A DNA stretch of 64,000 bases from Eledone cirrhosa (taxonomy: Eukaryota), in assembly GCA_964016885.1 (NCBI GenBank), contig OZ024743.1:330956001-331020000 (forward strand). The letters run 5' to 3'. Positions 26,959 through 39,675 of this stretch are shown piece after piece. The position numbers were made by a program, and so were the translations under genes. A model generated the notes under the pieces. The model was not told the origin of the DNA. It made no database searches and saw only the letters and a list, made by a program, of their open reading frames with translations. Within the stretch, counting starts at the first letter, position 1, and each line of letters opens with the position of its first letter.

Positions 26959-28234
26959 ATAAGTGCATATGCAAGCATCGTTAAATTATTCAAGCTCCTG
27001 GTTTAAGAAGAATGGTAAAAAGCAAAGTAAAGCAACAAAAACCTTAGACAAATGGAATATTCAACTTCTAAACTCATGAAAAATACCAAATATATGAATA
27101 ATTTTACCTGAATATTGCATCTTATATCATCTAGAAGGAAGAGACAATGGAAATAATGCAGGTAATATGTCGAATGAAATGGAAGGCAGCACTAGAGAAG
27201 ACGCAATATGCTCATATAAAACAGAACAACAAAGGAAGTATTTTTTTTATAAGATCCTTTTATTTTATGACCTTACCGTAAAATGGAAACCATCGCAGTT
27301 AGTTGGCGACAGACTTCAATTTGGATAAGGTTTAAAAAAAACCCAAAAAACAAACAGACCAAAAATCATTCTCTTAAACCAATAAACCAGACCGATATAT
27401 GCAAACTATTCTCGTTTATTTGTCATCTCCATGGCACTTTTTCAATTCCCTTAACAAAAATTGCGTTAAGCTTCCAAATATAACCTCCTTACATAATTCT
27501 TGTATCATAACATATTATAACAAATTCTTCTATGCATATATATATATATATATATATATAAATAATGTTGTCTTGACGACATATATGAATATATATATAT
27601 TGTAGACTCAATGACATATATGAATACATATATATATACTTACACGAAATAAAATAGTATACTCAATACATGTGTAGAGTAAAAAGTGAATATATGATAT
27701 AGTCCGTTAAATATAATACATCGTTACTTCAAATGTGCTTCCTGGTTAAACACTAAGTTATCTTCAGGACAACGAACAAAACAGTATTGTAAAAAGATAA
27801 ACAGGATATATATGGAAAAACTTCCACTTTTGTAAACTTAGACATTTTGTAAAGAGCATAACTCATAAATATTACAAAAGAGTGAGTTAAACGTTTTTCG
27901 TGAGCTTACGGGTTCGTCAAACTAGAATTAATAAGGATTTCATTTGATACTAAGTGATAGAGAGTACACTGACCAGTCCGTCACAAGGTTAACTCCTAGT
28001 TACTGCTGGTACACATTTTATTAGCTGAGTGAACTGGGACATCAGGAAGTGGTGTTTCTTGCTCAAGAACACAATATTTTGCCAGTCAGGGATTGTACCC
28101 GAGACCTTCCGATTGTGAGATCACCATCATAAAACATCAAGCTAAACACTTTCCTTTGAGTAGCTATTGAATAAAATGATACTAGAATAAGTAACACATC
28201 ATGTATGGAGGTATGACCCGTATCTCCTTATTAA

Positions 28235-28500
28235 AACATACGGCAGTTCTTGGGCATTTCTAAAACCTGGTCTAAACATAACAGATTTCTTCCAGAGAAT
28301 AGAGAGTGAAAGAAAAGAAGAGAGGGGGATATATAGAGGAAGAATCAACCCAGTACTAAACTGATACTTTTTTATCGACCTCAAAAGGACGAAAAGCAAA
28401 GTTGACTTTTGCGGGATTTGAGCTCAGGGAGTATAGAGCTGGAACGAATGCCACAAAGCATTTTATCTGACGTTCTAACTAATCTGCCAATTCGCTGCCT
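28235..28500 (-). mobile_element. Nin-type SINE subfamily with alternative long tail
   Basis: Head and Nin domain plus a tail shared with 22400-22680 and, in part, 63625-63812. The head and its flank are tandemly duplicated at 28535-28640. Confidence 0.8.
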
Positions 28501-29365
28501 CAAAAGAAATATATATGGACACAAAATACAAACTAAGAGCAGAGAGCCGGAACAAATACCATAAAGCATTCTCTCCGACATTCTAACAACTCTGCTATTT
28601 GCTGCCTATAAGGAAATATATATGGACACAAAATATAAACTGCGAAAAACAGAAAATATGGAGCAGGAAATTATAAGTGGCTTTCCACAACTCAATATAG
28701 CATTTAGAACACAATATATTTTGTTATTATTATCCACAAAACTATATAGATATTTTTACAATCTCTTTCATGTTCATATATACATTTAAAAAAAAAAGAT
28801 TCATATGATACTATACTAGTCAAGGGGGGTTATAAGTCACGAATGGGTTACGCCCTTCAAATCATTCTTAACACAGCATACAGGAGTGGATGTTTTTACA
28901 TGCATGTCCAGCTACTTTTTTTTCTTTTAGAATATTGTTTTGTAAACCATGTAAAGACTAGCTCATCTCTCTGTTCAGTTTGGTATAAGACTTGTATATC
29001 TTCAATGTATTGTCTTCAACGGAGTATATCATGTATATATACATATATATATATGTATATATATATACATACATGCATATATTTATATACACATACATAT
29101 ATACATACATAAACAGTTTCCAGCTTCGTTATTCAGTTCACTCGAATTATATTTATATTTATTTATAAGTTTTTTTTTCTGTATATATGTGTGTGTGTAT
29201 GTATATATACAATATTTATATACGCACACATATCTGTGTGCGTATATATATATATATATATATACATGTGTGTGTATATATATATACATGTATATATATA
29301 TATATACATATATATACAATATTTATACAATATTTATACACACACAGATATGTGTGTGTGTGTAC

Positions 29366-29421
<56 letters not shown>

Positions 29422-30692
29422 GCTGGTAAATAGTTGATGATTCACACCAATGTTATATGGAGTTGATGCATGGGTGAAGCTGGCTGCTAGTGCACAGCTT
29501 CTTGGCAGTAATAAGTTGATTTCCAAGTTCAATATATACTCTACACCATGTATTGAGTGCTTGTTTCTTTCATTTCTTAATATAAACACATAACATACAC
29601 ACACATATATATATATATTATATAACATTGATATATAACATTTATATAATACACACACACACACACACACATACACACACACATATATATATATATAGTG
29701 TGTATATTTCTATATATATTGTATTCACACACACATGTATATATATTTATATATACATACATATATATGTAAATATATATATATATATATATACTATATA
29801 TAGAGTTATAAAATCAAACAGTCTTTTACAATTAAATAGCTCAAAGAAAGAGATATTTCTGAGCCGTGAAATACAAATTAATACAAATTAATATATGATA
29901 AACACTAATACAAGTATATAAGTGTTTGTATTGCAAATGACCAAGTTAGCTAGATTGAAAAATACTAATTAAATTAATACAGTTTGCCTGTCTCGATTTA
30001 AAATAATAAATCAATAAAAACAAACCCATATTGGCAATAGCCGTGATACCTGGACAAATTTGAATTTCAAAACTCAAATCCGTTTTGCAACAATAAGTGA
30101 AAATTCCATTTCTGTGCTCAGCTGCAGGTATCCAGAAATTGGTATGCTTCACTTCAAAATACTTAGGAGGACTGAGAGAAAAATATGTTGTTGAACGCAC
30201 ATGGTGCCCCAGCGCCTAGCCAGTCCTATACTCGTGCTGCTAGAAATAACAGCCGTTTTTATGGGACTAAAATTTAGCTCAACAAATGGAGCCGTTAATA
30301 CTATATATAGAGTTATAAACTCAAACAGTCTTTTACAATTAAATAGCTCAAAGAAAGAGATATTTCTGAGCCGTGAAATACATATTTTTCTCTCAGTCCT
30401 CCTAAGTATTTTGAGGTGAAACATACCAATTTCTGGATACCTGCCGCTGAGCACAGAAATGGAATTTTCACTTATTGTTGCAAAACGGATTTGAGTTTTG
30501 AAATTCAAATTTGTCCAGGTATCACGGCTATTGCCAATATGGGTTTGTTTATATTGATTTATTATTTTAAATCGAGACAGGCAAACTGTATTAATTTAAT
30601 TAGTATTTTTCAATCTAGCTAACTTGGTCATTTGCAATACAAACACTTATATAATTGTATTAGTGTTTATCATATATTAATTTGTATTAATT

Positions 30693-30730
<38 letters not shown>

Positions 30731-30768
30731 CATGTATATATGTATATATATATATATAAAAACGTCTA

Positions 30769-30848
<80 letters not shown>

Positions 30849-31181
30849 TATTATTTATTTATGTTCATACACAGAACAAAAGCGCTAATCAAGTTTACAA
30901 GGCTCAATATTAACCACATCTCCAGCCTACAAGAGGGATCAAAATTGTGACTTATCTTCAGGAACTTAAACTCGTAAAGCATCTGAAGATAAGTCACATT
31001 TTTTATGTTTCTTGTATTCTGGAGGTATGGTCGATATTGGTCCTTCAAACCTTGGGTAGCACTTCTTTTGTTTGTGTATGAACTTAAATAAATAATACAT
31101 TATTTCTGCTCACTTCCTGATTCAGTAGTGTTTTCCTTTTAACACCTACAGATATTGTTACATACACACATATATCTACAC

Positions 31182-31223
<42 letters not shown>

Positions 31224-31897
31224 TGCCCCCTCGTTATCGAGTATGGCCATTGCACGAAAAAAAACCCAAAACATAATAACGACAATAATAATAACAACAA
31301 CAATAATAATAATAATATATATATATACACGCACACACAATAATATATATATATATACACACATATACATACATACAAATACATAAACACAAATACATAC
31401 ATACAAACATACATACATACATACAAACATACATACATATTGTGTTGTAAGATAAATTCCCGCCGTTGTTATAATTTGTTTAATAAAAAGAAACGGCGGG
31501 AATTTATGTTACAACCTAATACATACACACTATACTTTCTCAGTTTCCATCTTAGTTACTCAGTTCAATCCAATTATATTTGTATTTATTTTATTTATTT
31601 ATTTATTTGTAATAGTTTTTTTTTGTATATTTTCTTTTTGTTTCTGTTTTTTTTTTGTTTTGTATATTTTGTTGTTTCTCTTCTCTGTAATATATTTGTT
31701 GTAAACTCCAGAAGAAAAACTGATTCGTCGGAAACTAAACATAAAACATAGATTATCATTTCCATAGATATTGCTCCCTGATATTTAGAAGTCTCATTAG
31801 AAGAATAAACGTCTTTCATTCCGTTTGATGATATCTGTTTAGGAAAAGACTGAGAACAAGGTAGGTAGGTAGAGAGAGAGAGATAGGGAGAGAGAGA

Positions 31898-31945
<48 letters not shown>

Positions 31946-32100
31946 TGGATAGGGATAGAGATAGGTAGATACATAGATAGATAGATGGAGAGAGTGAGAG
32001 ATAAACAGATAGATGGTTAGACAGGCAAGCAGATAAATAGATAGATAGAGAGGGAGAGAGAGAAATAGATATAGATCAATAGAGAGAGAGAGATAGATAC

Positions 32101-32133
<33 letters not shown>

Positions 32134-32385
32134 AAGAGAGATGGTTAGACAGACAAGCAGATAAATAGAGACAGAGATAGATGATAAATAGATAGATAGA
32201 TAAAATGGTATCTTTAGATTATATAATACCAAACTTGATACCAGTATTATGTCCTTCAAATGCTAATTCTTTAAAAGCAAAAAATAGTCTCTGATTCATA
32301 GTTTTGTACTTTTTCTTTGTTCTCCATTTTCCTGGAAAATGTCAGCAACGAAAAGTACGAACAAAAGTGGCAAAGTTTGAAGAGA

Positions 32386-32480
<95 letters not shown>

Positions 32481-32508
32481 ATATATTTATATATAATATA
32501 TATATATT

Positions 32509-32551
<43 letters not shown>

Positions 32552-32791
32552 ATATATATCTATGTATGCGTATATTTATATATATACATATATATAATAT
32601 ATATATGCATATATATGTGTGTTTATGTATGTATATGTCTATATACACTAAATGGTAAAGGACTGATTGGCACTGGAAAATGTGCTCATTAGATCATCAT
32701 TGAAATATTGCTGTTCTAGAATAGTCTTTTGATGCGTGGACACTTGTGAAACCCATTCTGTATTCACTAAATGCTGTAAACATCTCCTTGG

Positions 32792-32822
<31 letters not shown>

Positions 32823-33085
32823 AGAAAGATGGATTCCACAAGGCTGTAAATAACAGTTGAAGTAACACACTGAAGGTCTCCAAATGACAGTAAAATAGGT
32901 GAACAGGTGATGGCAGAAGAAACCAAATCAATCACTTAATCACTTAGTTGATCATTGGAGATGGACTGATTCAGTGGTTTATTTTCATTGTTTCATGTAC
33001 TGGTTATAATGTTCGAAAGCTCAAGAATTGAAGGGCAAGTGATGGATTTCATTAGAGAGGAAGAGAAGTTATGTGATTATAGTGA

Positions 33086-33169
33086 TTATATATCATCGGC
33101 ACTGTCTGGAGATGGATGTTGTAGACGACTGTTGATGTAACTAGCAATTAGTAAACTTAGTTCAAGGAT
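33086..33169 (-). CDS. PLEKHH1/2: Terminal coding exon of PLEKHH1/2
   Basis: Acceptor ttttctttcag, phase 0, in frame with the 36946-37098 exon. Translates ILELSLLIASYINSRLQHPSPDSADDI*, matching the final FERM helix (I-x-E-x-x-x-L-x-ASY) of PLEKHH proteins. Confidence 0.9.
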   Translation of the reverse strand: MLELSLLIASYINSRLQHPSPDSADDI

Positions 33170-33539
33170 CTGAAAGAAAAATTAATACAAATCATAAATA
33201 TAATAAACATAAGAGAAAATTACTGACATTTGAAATTGGATGCTACAGAAAAATGTAGGCCATCTCCCATAGGGAACACATTAACAATGAAAGTTGACAT
33301 ATGGCAATCTAACAACATGTGAGCACATATGAAGACCTGCTAAACATTGTAAAGAACATGGGATGATATCGTCATGTGAAAAGATCTGATGGACTCACCA
33401 ATACCAAATGTTTCTCTTACCCCCCATGTGTTATGTCAGCCACACACACCAACATTATAGATCACCCCTAAACACTACCATGTAACATCACACTACATAC
33501 ACAGCCATCGTAAATTTACCTTATCAAAGTCTTTTTACA

Positions 33540-34012
33540 ATCATAGAGGAATGTGGTACACTGGCCCACCCTACAACACACCCCACAACCATGAAGAGAG
33601 GTGGTACACTAACCCCACAACCCTAGTGTGTGTGGGGGGGGGGGGTACTGATCCATCCTGCAGTGACACAATAGCTAAGGAGAGAGGAGGTACATGGCTC
33701 CACCCTACAGCACACCACAACCCTGGAGAGAAGTAGTACACAGTTTCACCATGCATTGCCCACGCCCCCATAGCCCTAGACAGAGGCGGTACATTGCTCC
33801 ACCCTGCTGTACCTCCACAGCCCTGGTGAGAGATGATACCAGCTCCACCCTGCTGTACCACCACAACCATAGAGGGAGGTGGTAGAATGCTCCACCCTCC
33901 CCCAGAACCCTAAAGGTATGTAGTAGACTGCTCCACCAGGCTGTACTCCTACAACCCTAGAGGGATGTAGTAGACTGCTCCACCAGGCTGTACTCCTACA
34001 ACCCTAGAGGGT
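33540..34012. repeat. Degenerate ~45-47-bp minisatellite in the last PLEKHH intron
   Basis: ACAACCCTAGAGGG...TGCTCCACC...CTGTAC units; the last two copies are near-identical. Confidence 0.75.
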
Positions 34013-34439
34013 CAACAGTGAAGTGACGACATAATATTATATCAACAGAACACTATCACCCTTACAATAATCTATTTCATTGAACAGAATCATTGAAACA
34101 TTGGAAAGATGGGTTGTGCTATTTCCTCTAGGTCTTTATCTTCTCAGTTCTAATCCCACCAAGGTCAACTTTTCTTTACATACTTCTGGAGTTGATAAAA
34201 TATATGCCAGCCAAGTACAAGAACTGGGATCAATTTAATTGACTAATTTCCCTCCACCCCACTTCTAAACATTTTAGGCTTTATACCTATGTAAGAAATT
34301 ATTGTTGTAATTATTAATGTCAACAATGACAAAGAGAACAACATCAACAACAACAGAAAATTCCTTTTATTTTGCCTTTTTTCAGATTTTATTTGACAGA
34401 TTTTTGGTTCTAACTTTGGTTGGTAAATTTTTTCCTCAT

Positions 34440-35500
34440 CTCAACATTTCAATTCTCCTCTCTCTTATTGCAAGATCAAACAATTTAATGCTTGTTTTAA
34501 CCACTTCACAAATATTTCTTCTTTGTCTTAAATCTACTTTATCATCTAAATGTATCACATCCATACCATTGCAGCCTTCTCCCTATCACACAACATCTGA
34601 TTCCTCGTATGTCAAGTTTAACTCTTGGCTCACTTATGCTACATAATTCATGTGTACTATTACACATTCATTGGAGCATACTCACTTTATTTGTTTCCAG
34701 CCTTCTCACTTTTCTTGTGGTCAAAGCTCATGTTTCACTGTCATATAGCATTGCAGTTTGCACACAGATATCCTAGTCTACTCTTCACTCTGCGAGAGAA
34801 GCCCTTTGATATCAGCAGAAGTACCAAATCTATAAACTTTTTCCAAACTATTCTCATTCTGGCTATCACACTTTCAAAGTATCCTCACCAACTGCTTATT
34901 AGGTCAAAACTGTCAACAACTTCTAAGGAGCCTCCCTGGCAACTGAAGATATTTATTTCATAACTGCTCCTAGTGCATCTGTCACATACAAAGTCTATCT
35001 TTTCTGTTAATCTGCCTGAAACCCACTACAGCTCGTGAGCTCATAGATTACACTATCTGCATATTAAGGAATTTCTGCCCACCCCTTTCTGACATGTTAA
35101 CCCTTTATCATTTGCATTACTCTATATATACTATTGTATTTTCACAGTAAAGGCTTTACTTCACATAATTATCTCACATAACATCGAATCTATGATTTTG
35201 ATATTACTTACTTTGAGAACAATACCTTAACGGTATGAGTGGCTGGTTATAGCTGGTTTGAACAGAAAGAGGTGAGAGAATTGGGCCGGGTATGGCCAGT
35301 TTAAATGCTAAAAGGTTAAACAAGGTGACTTTCCTGTCCTCTTTTCTGTTTATTAAGACTTTCATCTTAGCTAAGTATACTTTTAGGCCTTTCAACTCTA
35401 GGATCTTCTGCCATGCTGCAAATTTTGTCTCTAACTTTCCTATGGATTCAGCTATAAGGATTAGGTCATCCACATACAGAAGATCCCACTGGGTGCCAAT
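34440..35500 (-). mobile_element. Old RTE LINE fragment interrupted by a MITE
   Basis: WDLLYVDDLILIAES...LELKGLKVYLAKMKVL at 35330-35500, with degraded downstream ORF remnants. Confidence 0.75.
35101..35315. mobile_element. TTAA-specific MITE (piggyBac-like termini)
   Basis: TTAA at 35097-35100 and 35316-35319. Termini CCCTTTATCATTT and AAATGCTAAAAGG match at 11/13 as inverted repeats. Confidence 0.7.
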
Positions 35501-35532
35501 TTTAAGCATATATATTTATATATATATATATG

Positions 35533-36302
35533 TGTGAGACATGGGCTTTGTGTGCAGAGGATCTACGCAGACTGGAGAGGAACGAAGCTTGCATGCTCCG
35601 TTGGATGCGAACAGCAAAGCATAAATGAACTAAGTGAGAAATTAGGAATAAGAGGGATCAGATGCTGTTTACTCGAGAGAAGACTACGTTGGTATGGTCA
35701 CATGATACGCATGAAAGACCACAGTTGTATAAAAAAGTGCAGGGCAATCAAAATTGATGGAAGTTACGTAGTAGGTAGACCCAGAAAAACCTGGGACGAT
35801 TTGATAAATTCCGACCTTACACACTTATACCTCTCCAAGACAATGTCACTGGACCGAGATCTTTGGCACTATGCAGTAATACAGAAGACCCGCCTTGCCT
35901 ATGTACAAAGCGAAACCTACAGTCAGTAGGCACTTCCTAACCAAATATATACCCCATCCCACTACCCCTACCCACCTACTCCCACCAACACCACCCTTTC
36001 TCCGTAAAGTTATGTTGGTACCACAGCATCCAGTCCGAAACAAATGAGGTTGTGTAGGTGTCACGACAAAAAAAAACATACAGTCCATGCTGTAATGTGG
36101 CTGTGTAGGTAACATGGTAAAAACCTCCCAGTCCACACTGTAAATGTGGTTGGTGTTAGGAAGGGCATCCAGCCATAGAAAATCTGCCAGACAGTCCTAT
36201 ACGAGCGAGACATGGTCACCCGACCAATCTTGCCTCAAGTAGGACAATTCCCATCTAAACCCATGCTAGCGTGGAAGATAGATGTTAGATGATGATGATG
36301 AT
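35533..36302 (+). mobile_element. RTE LINE 3' end, same family
   Basis: ERRLRWYGHMIRMKDHSCIKKC...GRPRKTWDDL, followed by the shared 3' UTR and (GAT)n tail. Confidence 0.9.
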
Positions 36303-36309
36303 GTATATA

Positions 36310-36797
36310 CAGAGTGATTGAAAAGTAACTCCCTATTAAATGTCGAAAGGTACCTCACCATGCTGCAAGATAACATCTGGACAGTTATCAGTACTTGGGA
36401 GAATATTGAAGATTTGATTTTGCTATTGTTGTTCGTGAATGGCTGAATGCCCACTTCCCTGGGAGATGGATGAGAGTCGTGGTCCACATGAGTGACCAGC
36501 CAGAAGCCCTGACTTAACTTTTTTTTTTGTCTACTCTACCAAACCAATGACTTTGGAAGAACTTGAAGGGTGAATACAAGAAGTTATGTCTTCCATCCCA
36601 CAAGAGTTCCTGGTGAAATCAGTTGATGTGGTTGCCGGGTGGCTTAAGAAGCTGGTGGCAAATACTGGTGGCCATATTGAATTTCAAATAAAACTCCTGC
36701 TAGACATTTTCTTCTCATATTCATTTCTTGTAAAAATTTTAGTTAAGAAATAAATTAGAAGAATTTTGAAATAGGGAGTTACTCTTCAATCACCCTG
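36310..36797 (+). mobile_element. Internally deleted Tc1/mariner DNA transposon
   Basis: TA on both sides and 28-bp TIRs CAG(A/G)GTGATTGAA(A/G)AGTAACTCCCTATT (26/28). Transposase remnants VREWLNAHFPGRW, GPHE*PARSPDLT and VYSTKPMTLEELE...GGHIEF. Confidence 0.9.
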
Positions 36798-36945
36798 TAT
36801 ATATATACCCATGCAAGCATGGAAAATAGATCTTAAATGATGATGATGGTGAGGGTATATGTATCAATCTGTGTGTGTCTTTAGAATTCTAAATGTGTGA
36901 TAAACATATTTAAGAAAAAAAAATTTTTTTTTTAAATGACCATAC

Positions 36946-37098
36946 CTTTGCTTTTGGCAGGACAAACAACATTTTCTCTGTCCTGTGTTCATAGTGATGA
37001 GGTGCTGACTCTATTAATTGGTTAACAACAAGCATGAAATCATCTTTCCATCCACCAAATGTGACAACGGATTTGAAATCAAAGTTGCTGATTGGTTG
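36946..37098 (-). CDS. PLEKHH1/2: Penultimate coding exon of a PLEKHH1/2 (MAX-1) PH-MyTH4-FERM protein, FERM C-lobe
   Basis: 153 nt, phase 0/0, with acceptor ttccattttcag and donor AAG/gtatgg. Translates QPISNFDFKSVVTFGGWKDDFMLVVNQLIESAPHHYEHRTEKMLFVLPKAK, matching the TFGG-x-x-DDFMLV...EK-x-x-F motif of the PLEKHH FERM C-lobe (recognised from memory). Confidence 0.9.
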
Positions 37099-37233
37099 CT
37101 GAAAATGGAACAGGAATAGTTAGAAATGGATGTTCCTTTATATTACTGAACAACAGGACAAAAAACAGAATGTACTTTCACCCACAACAATTCAGTATCT
37201 TATTATTGACTGAATTTCATGGCCATCAAAGAG

Positions 37234-37266
<33 letters not shown>

Positions 37267-37578
37267 TATTAAATAGATTGAAGGCCATATGCACTTGTAT
37301 TTAGGTTTACTTTTATCTCCATGATACATATTTCACTGGGGTCTATGGCTAGATAGTTTTCATCCAACCAATTCCGATAGCCTAAGCTTGTCAGATGATA
37401 TAAAAGACATTTTAAAACAATTTTGCACAACTTAAAAAACTTAATATTAAAAAAACTTCTTCAAAAATCTTTTTTTTCTTTTCATGATACAGGGACCAAT
37501 ATAATGTGTTGATGTTGTTTCTATGTCAGTTGGCCACTGTTTTATAAATATATATGTGTGTAAATATATATATGTGTA

Positions 37579-37620
<42 letters not shown>

Positions 37621-37624
<4 letters not shown>

Positions 37625-37837
37625 GGCGTGTGGCTGAGTGGTTAGGGAATTGGATTCGCAATCGTAAGGTTGTGAGTTCGATTCCTGGACCAGGCGATGC
37701 GTTATGTCCTTGAGCAAGACACTTTATTTCACGTTGTTCCTTCTACCTGGAGTTGCGACCGATAGATAGTATTAGCAATTGGAAAGACCAACGGAAACAT
37801 TGTTCCCTCGGTCCGATTTGACGAAAGTCGATCGTTC

Positions 37838-37840
<3 letters not shown>
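37621..37840 (+). mobile_element. tRNA-derived SINE, same family as 13797-14015
   Basis: Colinear and highly similar to the 13.8-kb copy, flanked by (TA)n. Confidence 0.88.
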
Positions 37841-37873
<33 letters not shown>

Positions 37874-38108
37874 AGGAGGTTATAGTTCACTTGAAGCATT
37901 GTGTAATGAGGTATAAACGTTTGTATATGTATAATAAAGCCAAAACAATGCAGGTATGGACATAGAATAAGGAATGTAAATGCAAAAGATATTGTTGACA
38001 ATTAGTCTTTTACCTTAGATTTATTTAAATGTCCTTAATTTCGAGATAATATCTCTTCTTCGGAGGGAAGTAAAGCGGTTAAACCAGTGTTCTAAATAGC
38101 TTTACTTC

Positions 38109-38143
38109 CCTCCGAAGAAGAGATATTATCTCGAAAATTAAGG
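38109..38143 (+). ncRNA. Minimal hammerhead-like motif (U4C), with inverted copy at 38033-38066
   Basis: CCT-CCGAAGA-a-GAGAT-att-ATCTC-GAAA-ATTA-AGG followed by AATAAA, inside an inverted repeat with ~165-bp arms. Confidence 0.6.
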
Positions 38144-38607
38144 ACATTTAAATAAATCTAAGGTAAAAGACTAATTGTCAAAAATACCTTTTGCATTTGC
38201 ATTCCTTATTCTATGTCCATACCTGCATTGTTTTGGCTTTATTATACATATACAAACGTTTATATATATACATATATATAAACATTGAATGTGAAGCTTG
38301 AATTTTTGAAATTACTAAGCACTGAGGAAATAAATTTATAAAATGTAGGAAGTTCAGACACAGAATATAACTGCAATTACAGTCAGTTGCTATAAAAATT
38401 GGGTAAAAACAGTAAGATGTTGTCTGGGATCCTTTAGCTCAATGGTTAGAGCACCTAACTGGTATCTGGGAATTCAATTCTTCATAGCAGCCACTGGCAA
38501 CATTATTCCATCTCAAGGTCTCTTTACCCAATTTTATAAGCTATTTTATGGCAACTTGCTTTAATTGCAGTTATTTTGTGTCTGACCTTCCTACATCTTC
38601 TTATAAA

Positions 38608-38812
38608 ATGGTCAACCTTAGGTTTATAGTACAAGACACAAGGTACTGGTCAACATTAGGTTTATAGTACAAGACACAAAGTACTGGTCAACCTGAGGTT
38701 ATAGTAGAAGACACAAGGTATTGGTCAACCGGGGGCTATAGTAGAATGGTCAACCTGAGGTTATAGTAGAATGGTCAACCTAAGGTTATAGTAGAATGGT
38801 CAAGCTGTGACT
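38608..38812. repeat. SINE-derived short tandem repeat GGTCAACCTGAGGTTATAGTA(G/C)AA(GACAC)
   Basis: About 7 units of 25-38 bp running into the SINE at 38800-38885. Confidence 0.8.
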
Positions 38813-39146
38813 AGAGAAGACACTTATCCAAGGTGTCACACCATGGACTGAACCTGAAACCATGTGGTTATGAAATGAACTCCTCAAATATACTTTCTTT
38901 ATATCTCTCTCATATATGAGTACTGATACACATACATTCTCTCTCACACACACACATTGAAATTTACACTGGCAGAGACACACACGTGCCACACACAAAG
39001 ACTCTCTTTTGCTCACTCTCTCCCTCACACAGGTAGACACCCACACATGCATACATTCTTTCTCTCTCACACACACTCTTACACTCACATACACATGCAC
39101 TCACACACAAAAATACACACCCACTCACAGAGACTGACACTCATCC

Positions 39147-39182
<36 letters not shown>

Positions 39183-39641
39183 TCATGCCCCCCCCCCACA
39201 TACCCACTCACGTATAAACACACCCATGCAACAAACCTTTAATCATACACAGCTCCACCAACTACACATTACCCCCTCCCCCAGGGCCCTCTGTCCAACC
39301 CTAACCCAGATCATCCCACAATAAATACAAGTTGGTCATCATAGTAATGATACCATCTTGATGATACAGATTAATGGTAGTGATGGTGGTGGTGGTGGTG
39401 GTGGTGATAGTGGTGGTGGTGGTGGTAGTAGTGATGGTGTGGTGGTGGTGGTGGTGGTGGTGGTAGTGATGGTAGTAGTGATGGTGGTGGTGGTGGTGTG
39501 GAATTGGGGGTTAATGACATTAGAATCCCAAGGGGCCACATTGCCTGCAGTATAACCTCCTTGGCTATATACAGTCAGACATGGATTGTAAATGACTCAC
39601 ATGGGGCAGCAAGAAGAGGTGGAAGGGGAGAAGGGGAGAAC

Positions 39642-39675
<34 letters not shown>

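Noticed and set aside
38427-38493. Functional tRNA gene
   Set aside because: An A box is present, but the anticodon and T arms and the acceptor stem do not pair.
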